Source: an uncultured Clostridia bacterium
Lineage (GTDB): Bacteria > Bacillota > Clostridia > TANB77 > CAG-508
Reading direction: 5' to 3'
Assembly (NCBI GenBank): GCA_947632185.1
Contig: CANROH010000002.1
Span: 1 to 55,117 of the forward strand
DNA length: 55,117 bases
The translations under genes were made by a program, and so were the position numbers. This document shows positions 19,988 through 26,601 of the stretch, piece by piece. Within the stretch, counting starts at the first letter, position 1. Each line of letters begins with the position of its first letter. The notes under the pieces were generated by a model that saw only the letters and a program-made list of their open reading frames with translations, made no database searches and had not been told where the DNA came from.

Positions 19988-20719
19988 TTATAATTGAATT
20001 CTCTTAAATACCACTTCTGAAAAGTCTGTTATTTCCTTATGTGTAGAACCTTCTTCTATTACAGTATCTAATGGCAATGATAAACCAACTGTTCCAATAT
20101 AACTAATATTTTTATTTGTTGTTATAATTATATCAAAATTAATATCGAATTCTATTTCTTCTACACTTACTCCTAAATTTGAAAGTAATTTTCCATCATA
20201 TGTTATTTCCTCATCCTCATTAGATATATATTTACCTAAATCTTCAATAGAAAGTCTAAAACCTAAAGCACCTCCATTATTTGATATTTCCAATGATTTC
20301 ATATCATCTATAATACCACCTAAAAAAGTTATTCCTTCATCTAAATAATTTTGTTCGCTATATGTATATAAATTTGGAAGATCTCCTGTAGGTCTTAACA
20401 ACTTTAAATTTCCTTTTTTAGGAGCTTTGTTTATGACAAAATTTTCTAAACTAATTTGTTTAATTGTCTGATTATCATCTGATTTTTTATCTATATATAT
20501 ATATACATCATTTACTTGAGTAACTCCGATATTCCAAATATTCTCAGTATCATCTACGGCTTTACCATCAACAGTACTTACTAGAAGAATTTTAGAAAGT
20601 GCAAATGGCATATTTTGCTCACCTTCAACATCATATTTAATCATTATTGAAATTACCAACATAATTGCAATTGATATAAATAGCATAAATAAACATTTTT
20701 TAAACAGATTTTTTCTCAT
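19988..20719 (-). CDS. Hypothetical membrane-anchored protein (P1), paralog of 22336-23199
   Basis: N-terminal TM segment. The blocks ITYDGKLLSNLGVSVEEIEFDINFDIIITTN (P1) and ISFDASILKDTGIDLNKLKTDISFSINIVNN (P2) align by eye. Overlaps the tadA stop by 20 nt. Confidence 0.55.
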   Translation of the reverse strand: MRKNLFKKCLFMLFISIAIMLVISIMIKYDVEGEQNMPFALSKILLVSTVDGKAVDDTENIWNIGVTQVNDVYIYIDKKSDDNQTIKQISLENFVINKAPKKGNLKLLRPTGDLPNLYTYSEQNYLDEGITFLGGIIDDMKSLEISNNGGALGFRLSIEDLGKYISNEDEEITYDGKLLSNLGVSVEEIEFDINFDIIITTNKNISYIGTVGLSLPLDTVIEEGSTHKEITDFSEVVFKRIQL

Positions 20720-21173
20720 TTTTATTCCTTTCTCTTAAAAATTTAAAAAAATCTTTAAGTAAACTTTCACATTCCTCTTTTAATATATATTTGTCCACTT
20801 TAATTTTATGATTAAATTTATAATCTTCTAATAAATTTAGAACAGAACCACATGCACCACTTTTATCATCATCAGTCCCAATATATAAATTTTTAATTCT
20901 GGAATTTATTAATGCACCTGCACACATAGGACATGGCTCTAAAGTAACATACATATCACAATCTAACAATCTCCAAGAATCTAACTTTTTACAGGCTTTT
21001 TTGATAGCAAGAATTTCTGCATGACACGTAGCATCTTTTGATGTTTCCTTTGTATTATGCGCTCTTGCAATTATTTTTCCATTCTTTACTATTACTGCAC
21101 CAACAGGAACCTCCTCTTCTTCAAGAGCTTTCTTTGCTTCTTTTAGTGCTTCTTTCATAAATTTTTCTTCCAC
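20700..21173 (-). CDS. tadA: tRNA-specific adenosine deaminase
   Basis: CDA zinc motifs CHAEILAI and PCPMCAGAL. Confidence 0.95.
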   Translation of the reverse strand: MEEKFMKEALKEAKKALEEEEVPVGAVIVKNGKIIARAHNTKETSKDATCHAEILAIKKACKKLDSWRLLDCDMYVTLEPCPMCAGALINSRIKNLYIGTDDDKSGACGSVLNLLEDYKFNHKIKVDKYILKEECESLLKDFFKFLRERNKNEKKSV

Positions 21174-21281
21174 TATCTTTGCCTTTCATATATTTAATAG
21201 CATAATAAATTATAACTTAATTTTGCATTTCTGTCAAAAAATACTTATAGTTAGTTTTTACATAATTTTAACTCTGTAATA

Positions 21282-21310
21282 TTGATATTGTTAACATAAT
21301 GTGATATAAT
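21282..21310 (+). promoter_or_regulatory. Putative sigma-A promoter of the orphan ORF
   Basis: TTGATA (21282-21287), 17-nt spacer, TGaTATAAT extended -10 (TATAAT at 21305-21310). Confidence 0.5.
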
Positions 21311-21398
21311 TTTATTGTAAACTCCGTAGGAGTTACCGTATCTCTCAGAGATATGAAATAATTTTATCGCCACGAATTGTGGCAGAAAGAGGTACACT

Positions 21399-22082
21399 AT
21401 GTTTGGAAACCCTATGAAACACACCCGGCTCTCTTCAATGGAGGAACTGCTAAAATTCTCTTACTCAACTGACCGGCACTCCAAGTATCCATTCCAAGTA
21501 ACTGCATGCAATGGAAATATTGCATTTTCAGATGTTAATTGCAATATTTGGGCAACCCCGTATCGACCTGAAGTTTTTGACATTTTGAATGGCAATGGAT
21601 ACTGCATTGATAAATGCAAGGAAACTTTATCAGTCCCATCTTTTAGAGCAGGAAATTGCCCTGCAGCTTATGAGTGGTTAATTCAAATTGCTCATGAAGA
21701 AAATTGGGCATTAACATATGCCAACTCTTTTAAGATTGCGACTGAAAAAGGACTCAAACCTGTATGCATTGACCAGAGTAAGTACATGTTTAAAATAATG
21801 GAAATCTCATGCTATTATAAAGACATGGAAACACACGCATCCTATTTGCCCCTCGTCTCATGTTTTCACCATAATTCAAGTGAAAATAATATTGGAACCT
21901 ATATTGTAATCAACCCAAAAAGCCTTGTTATTTGTGATGAATATGGACGCACTTGGTTGCTTAAAATCAAAACATCAATCAATGATATTGTTAATTCTTT
22001 GATTGATGCGGGTTATAAGAGAACAGCTCATCCCGAATTTTATATCACCAAGCAGTTACCTACCCCCAAACCTACAATTTAG
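21399..22082 (+). CDS. Orphan Cys-rich hypothetical protein with foreign base composition
   Basis: 227-aa ORF after AAGAGG. Hand-counted 60-mers give about 40-43% GC, against low-20s% in neighbouring genes. I recognise no family motif. It has its own promoter and terminator. Confidence 0.6.
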   Translation: MFGNPMKHTRLSSMEELLKFSYSTDRHSKYPFQVTACNGNIAFSDVNCNIWATPYRPEVFDILNGNGYCIDKCKETLSVPSFRAGNCPAAYEWLIQIAHEENWALTYANSFKIATEKGLKPVCIDQSKYMFKIMEISCYYKDMETHASYLPLVSCFHHNSSENNIGTYIVINPKSLVICDEYGRTWLLKIKTSINDIVNSLIDAGYKRTAHPEFYITKQLPTPKPTI

Positions 22083-22136
22083 CACTTCTTTCTCTCCAAA
22101 AAGATATACGTAATTTCAATTATCTGAGTAGGAAAC

Positions 22137-22172
22137 AAAACCGTAGATTCAAAAAATCTACGGTTTTCTTTT
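22137..22172 (+). terminator. Rho-independent terminator of the orphan ORF
   Basis: Stem aaaaccgtagatt / aatctacggtttt with a 5-nt loop, followed by ttttctttt. Confidence 0.75.
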
Positions 22173-22195
22173 ATTTTTATAATTAAATAATTTCA

Positions 22196-22271
<76 letters not shown>

Positions 22272-22280
22272 ATTAGATAT

Positions 22281-22309
22281 ATTATAACTGTATTTATAAT
22301 AAAAATCAA
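22281..22309 (-). promoter_or_regulatory. Putative sigma-A promoter of tRNA-Arg(CCU)
   Basis: The minus strand reads TTGATT, a 17-nt spacer, then TATAAT, ending 9 nt before the mature tRNA 5' end. Confidence 0.5.
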
Positions 22310-22335
22310 GCCTGCAAATAATTTGCAAGCCTAAT

Positions 22336-23199
22336 CTAATCTGATATTTTTATAAACTTAAATTCATCTCCTTTAGGATGCAATACTTTCATTAAGTATC
22401 CTGAATAAATTTCATTATTTTCAGTTACCAAATCATTATCTAGATTAACATTACATATAAATTTTTCATTATAATTATTAACTATATTTATTGAAAAACT
22501 TATATCCGTTTTTAACTTGTTTAAATCTATACCTGTATCCTTTAATATTGAAGCATCAAAAGAAATTACACCATCTCCACCAGTAAGCTGACAACCAGTT
22601 AAAATATTTTTATTTATATAACTTAATGAAATAGGATTAGAACAATCTGTATAAAAAACATTTTCGTCATAATTTGCCTTCTCATTTTTTTCATTTGTAT
22701 TTATTACATTAAATAAAATTTTGTCATCCTTAAAGTTTTCTAATTCAACATATTTTCCCATATTTAGTGGATTTTTATAATTTAATATTTTTTCGCCATC
22801 TTCATACTCAGTATTAATTTTAATATTATTTATAAATAATTGATTTATTGTATTTTCAGCCGTAATTTCCTGTAGTTTAGCTTTGTTATTTATAAAAATA
22901 GCAATATCTGTAAATTGACTAATATCTATATCTTTTAATTCTCCATCACTATTATCTACTGCATTAGCACTATTATATAAAATGATCTCACTTATTGTAA
23001 AAATAGGATTTTGATTTTCCTCAATAAATTGTACAGTTTCACGTTCATAAATTTTTCTAGTCATTTGCACTTGAAAAATATACCTATATGTAAAAATAGA
23101 AATTACTAATAAAATAAATTCTATTATTATTAATTTTAAATTTCCATTTTTATCTGTTTTCAAAATATTCTCATTCCTTTTCAATTTATAATTTTGCAT
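22336..23199 (-). CDS. Hypothetical membrane-anchored protein (P2), paralog of 19988-20719
   Basis: One TM segment (LIIIEFILLVISIFTY) followed by an Asn-rich extracytoplasmic region. Overlaps the hydrolase stop by 14 nt. Confidence 0.55.
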   Translation of the reverse strand: MQNYKLKRNENILKTDKNGNLKLIIIEFILLVISIFTYRYIFQVQMTRKIYERETVQFIEENQNPIFTISEIILYNSANAVDNSDGELKDIDISQFTDIAIFINNKAKLQEITAENTINQLFINNIKINTEYEDGEKILNYKNPLNMGKYVELENFKDDKILFNVINTNEKNEKANYDENVFYTDCSNPISLSYINKNILTGCQLTGGDGVISFDASILKDTGIDLNKLKTDISFSINIVNNYNEKFICNVNLDNDLVTENNEIYSGYLMKVLHPKGDEFKFIKISD

Positions 23200-24538
23200 A
23201 TAATGAAGCCATTATATTATATACTCTTGTTGACCAGTTTGTATCACTTGCATACCTTATATTTACCCCTGCAATTGTAGGTCCATTATAATAACTTCCA
23301 ACTGCTGTTTCATTATCAAAAATTGGTGTTCCTGGTTCATTCAAATAATACTTAGAAAGGACTTTGGCTAATAACCTTATGCCATATTCATAACTTTCAA
23401 ATTCATAAGAAGATGAATATGCAGATGAATCATAAGAGCCATATCCAAATAAATTTTTCTTTTGAGAAGCTATGTTTGATGTGCCCCAATTACTTTCATG
23501 TATTCCTATTGCTGCCAAAAATAAACCATTTACATTATATTCCTGTTCAATTTCATAAAAAACTTCGGCATTCTGTTCAAATATATGATTTTTATCACTT
23601 GAATTTCCAGATAATACTTTTACAAAATCATCTTTTGTAAGTCCACTTGGTGTATTTACATTCATATCAGGATTTACTTCAATCATTATTCTTTTTATTC
23701 TACTTTTTTCAGCAATTCCAGGTGTTACAAGTTCAGAAGTAAGTTTGCTTGAATCTACATATCCTTTAATATCATCAATTTCTATATTTGCCCATCCATC
23801 TTTTTCAGATAAAATTTTTACATCTATGTATTGATATACATTTCCAATTTCCATGTTATCTTCTAATGATTCATATATAGGAGTTTCTTCTATTATATAC
23901 ATTGTATCACCAATATGTACTTTATTATTAAATAAAAATTCTGATGTTCCAACTTCTATTATTTCTTCAACTGCATCACTTTTTACAACTTCTCCTATAA
24001 TCGTTTCATCTATTAATTCATCATTTTCATAAGTCAAAATAGATGTCCTATCAACAAATCCTAGCTGGCCAGCTTGAATTAAATTTTGTTCATCCTTTGG
24101 CAATAAATCAGTCTCTATATATTTAGTTTCATATGGAATTTCTATTTCCTTAGTTAAAATTTCCTTTACAGTTACATCACTTATATTTGTTGAAATTGTT
24201 TCCATTATATTTATGGAATTTTCATTTTCTTCAAACTGACCTATTGCTACTTTCTGTTTTTCTGTTGTAGCAAATATGTAATTGCTATTTATACTAGAAA
24301 AAAATAGGATTACAAATAAAATACCTATAATTGCTCCAATAGCATTAAATTTTTTATTAGTATATTTTATCTTTCTATATTTTATTTTATCCCTAAGTTC
24401 ATTTGGGGATTCCATATGTTTAGGTTTTGCTCTTCCATATCTAATATCTTGTAATTCCTTAAAAAGGTCGGGAAGTTTACTCATATCATCTGAATTATAT
24501 TTTTTTATATTATTCAAATATTCTCTCCCTCCCTTCAA
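23186..24538 (-). CDS. Membrane-anchored peptidoglycan hydrolase (G5-like, SH3b-like and GH73 N-acetylglucosaminidase domains)
   Basis: TM segment AIGAIIGILFVILFF, a G5-like segment (IEIPYETKYIETDLLPKDEQNLIQAGQLGF...IIEVGT), an SH3b-like segment (DGWANIEIDDIKGYVDSSKL), and the glucosaminidase motif AAIGIHESNWGTSNIASQKKNLFGYG. The start is uncertain: TTG 24538, TTG 24517 or ATG 24484. Confidence 0.75.
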   Translation of the reverse strand: MKGGREYLNNIKKYNSDDMSKLPDLFKELQDIRYGRAKPKHMESPNELRDKIKYRKIKYTNKKFNAIGAIIGILFVILFFSSINSNYIFATTEKQKVAIGQFEENENSINIMETISTNISDVTVKEILTKEIEIPYETKYIETDLLPKDEQNLIQAGQLGFVDRTSILTYENDELIDETIIGEVVKSDAVEEIIEVGTSEFLFNNKVHIGDTMYIIEETPIYESLEDNMEIGNVYQYIDVKILSEKDGWANIEIDDIKGYVDSSKLTSELVTPGIAEKSRIKRIMIEVNPDMNVNTPSGLTKDDFVKVLSGNSSDKNHIFEQNAEVFYEIEQEYNVNGLFLAAIGIHESNWGTSNIASQKKNLFGYGSYDSSAYSSSYEFESYEYGIRLLAKVLSKYYLNEPGTPIFDNETAVGSYYNGPTIAGVNIRYASDTNWSTRVYNIMASLYAKL

Positions 24539-24717
24539 AATTGTTTCATTAAATATATTTATACAATTATATTGTATATCATTTGATTTTTCTTATCAAT
24601 AGTTTTTTCTGGTAAAACGATTACATTTTCATTACAATAATTGTTAATAAATATATTGATTTTAATTTATTTAAAAGATATAATAATAAAAAATAATTTA
24701 TATGTGAGGAATTAATA

Positions 24718-24900
24718 ATGGATATTAATAAATTTTGGATAAATCTTTGTATTGGTATTTTAGTTTTCTTAGGTTTCTTTATATATTGGGGACGTGTATC
24801 TGGATGGTATAAAGAAGGAGGTCTAATATACGAACTTTGGCATGAATGGCGTAACAAAAAGAAAGAAGAAAAATCTAAAAAGGAAAATAGTGATAAATAA
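24718..24900 (+). CDS. Small single-TM protein with a basic tail, on the opposite strand to the cluster
   Basis: 60-aa ORF after a GAGGAA RBS, with TM segment WINLCIGILVFLGFFIYW and a KKKEEKSKKE tail, followed directly by a strong terminator. Confidence 0.5.
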   Translation: MDINKFWINLCIGILVFLGFFIYWGRVSGWYKEGGLIYELWHEWRNKKKEEKSKKENSDK

Positions 24901-24906
24901 AATATA

Positions 24907-24953
24907 AAAAGAAGCAAAAAGTAATAATATTAATTTACTTTTTGCTTCTTTTA
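24907..24953. terminator. Bidirectional terminator ending the long machinery operon and the small plus-strand ORF
   Basis: 17-bp stem aaaagaagcaaaaagta / tactttttgcttctttt. Confidence 0.7.
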
Positions 24954-24997
24954 TTAGAATAATCTTATTATATAACTTTTCCAGCTGCTACAGCACT

Positions 24998-25969
24998 TTA
25001 CTCTGTTACTTTTACTTCCATGCTAAATTTTGCAATTGCATTATCAATTTCTGACTGAATTGTTTCTTCAGGAACATCTTCTGTTCCTGAATATTGTTCC
25101 ATTACTCTTATAGCAGAAAAAAGTATAGATTGTGATTCATCTCCATCATCAACAAATTTTGGAAATGTAAAACTAACTTTATAAGCTTCTTGTGGTTTCA
25201 AAACTATATCATTTACTTCAGAACGATTTCTTACTTCATTTGGTAAGACAAGAACAATTTCTCCACTTTCTTGCTGATCTGAAATTACTATAGTATAATT
25301 AGATCTATTTGTAAGTTGTAACTCATATGTTTCTATACTATAATTTACAATTTTATCAACAACATCTATTTTTAAATATTCATTTTCAGAAATATTTTTT
25401 ATATCAGAATGATATATATAATTTCCAACATTCATTTGTAAACCATCATCATCTTCATAAAAAGTCATTTGCTCAGATGTATAAGAATATGATGAATTTG
25501 TTAAACCTGTAGCAAGAAAATCATCTGTATATTTTATTTCATAAATATATAATCTTTTATCACCATATTTCATATTTGAATAGTCTTGAATAGAATATTT
25601 TTTTGGAGTTGGCATTTTTATTAAAACATGTTCCATAAAAAGCTCAACATCATCATCAAATTCATATTTTCTACAATCTTCAGATAGCATATTAAATGCT
25701 TTTTGATAATTACCTTCATTACAATAACCTACATATTCTTCTATCATATCTTCAATCGGATTTCTTAAAGATGTTGGTGTTGAAGCTGTTGAATCCATAA
25801 CAGAAGTATGAGCTTCATATGTTGTTTCCGGTACAAGAGATACTGGAACATTTTTTAGAATCATATTAATGAAAAATATTATTCCCCATATTATAAAAGC
25901 AATTATTAATATTTTTTTGTTTTTTCTAAAAAAATGTCTAATTTTTAATCGCAAATTTGTAAAATTCAT
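24998..25969 (-). CDS. Hypothetical membrane-anchored protein, possibly with an NTF2-like N-domain
   Basis: TM segment ILIIAFIIWGIIFFINMIL, then EEYVGYCNEGNYQKAFNMLSEDCRKYEF (a helix motif seen in DUF4878/SnoaL-like folds, recalled from memory), then a beta-rich C-terminal half. Start MNFTNL follows AAGGAGAG. Confidence 0.5.
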   Translation of the reverse strand: MNFTNLRLKIRHFFRKNKKILIIAFIIWGIIFFINMILKNVPVSLVPETTYEAHTSVMDSTASTPTSLRNPIEDMIEEYVGYCNEGNYQKAFNMLSEDCRKYEFDDDVELFMEHVLIKMPTPKKYSIQDYSNMKYGDKRLYIYEIKYTDDFLATGLTNSSYSYTSEQMTFYEDDDGLQMNVGNYIYHSDIKNISENEYLKIDVVDKIVNYSIETYELQLTNRSNYTIVISDQQESGEIVLVLPNEVRNRSEVNDIVLKPQEAYKVSFTFPKFVDDGDESQSILFSAIRVMEQYSGTEDVPEETIQSEIDNAIAKFSMEVKVTE

Positions 25970-26044
25970 TTTATTTCTCTCCTTAACAAATACCACTTCA
26001 AAATTATTTTATATCTTAAAATTAACCACATTTATCATAATTTA

Positions 26045-26561
26045 TTATATTACTGTAAAAGATATAACAAAGTCATTTAAAGCATTTTCTTGTATTACAA
26101 AATTCATCTCAACTCCTGAATCTTTACTTGCTAACGGATCATTTAAAGTAACCCATAATACATATACATCACCATTTCTTTCAATATTTGTATGCTCCAA
26201 TGATATCATTTTAGGGAATTTTGTTCCGTGCATATTCTTCAAAACTAGATAACGTTGGGAAGAAATTTTTCTTGAAATCACTATATAACATTTCATATGC
26301 ATCTTCATATTCATCATTTTCTATTGCCTTAATAAAAGTAGCTACATAATATTCCATTCTATCTCTTTCTTCCATTTCTGATAAGTCAGAAAGCTCTATA
26401 TTTTCTAATTTTTCTTGTATAGCAATTGAAACTTCTTCATCTGTCATTTTATCATAATCAATTGTAATTTCCTTTTTTCTAGTAGCAAAAGCTATTATCG
26501 CAAGAACAATAAGAATTGAAATTCCAATAATTAATAGATTATTTCTCTTTTTAACTTTCAT
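26045..26561 (-). pseudogene. Small membrane-anchored, possibly NTF2-like protein gene with a frameshift
   Basis: ORF 26211-26561 ends at ...SSFEEYARNKIP*. The next frame continues FPKMISLEHTNIERNGDVYVLWVTLNDPL...FVISFTVI. The frame break is at the T4 run (A4 on the coding strand) at 26219-26222. Confidence 0.6.
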
Positions 26562-26601
26562 AATGATGCATTTCTCCTTGTAAAAATATATTTAATTTTA
26601 T

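Noticed and set aside
22311-22329. Short hairpin cctgcaaa-taa-tttgcaag downstream of P2, considered as a terminator
   Set aside because: It has only about 8 bp including a G-U pair, with a 3-nt loop. It is plausible but too weak to list as a feature. It may simply be a spacer before the tRNA promoter.
24621-24917. 98-aa minus-strand ORF overlapping the small plus-strand gene
   Set aside because: It has no RBS and spans an intergenic region and a terminator. The plus-strand 60-aa ORF has an RBS, a TM helix and a terminator, so it was preferred.
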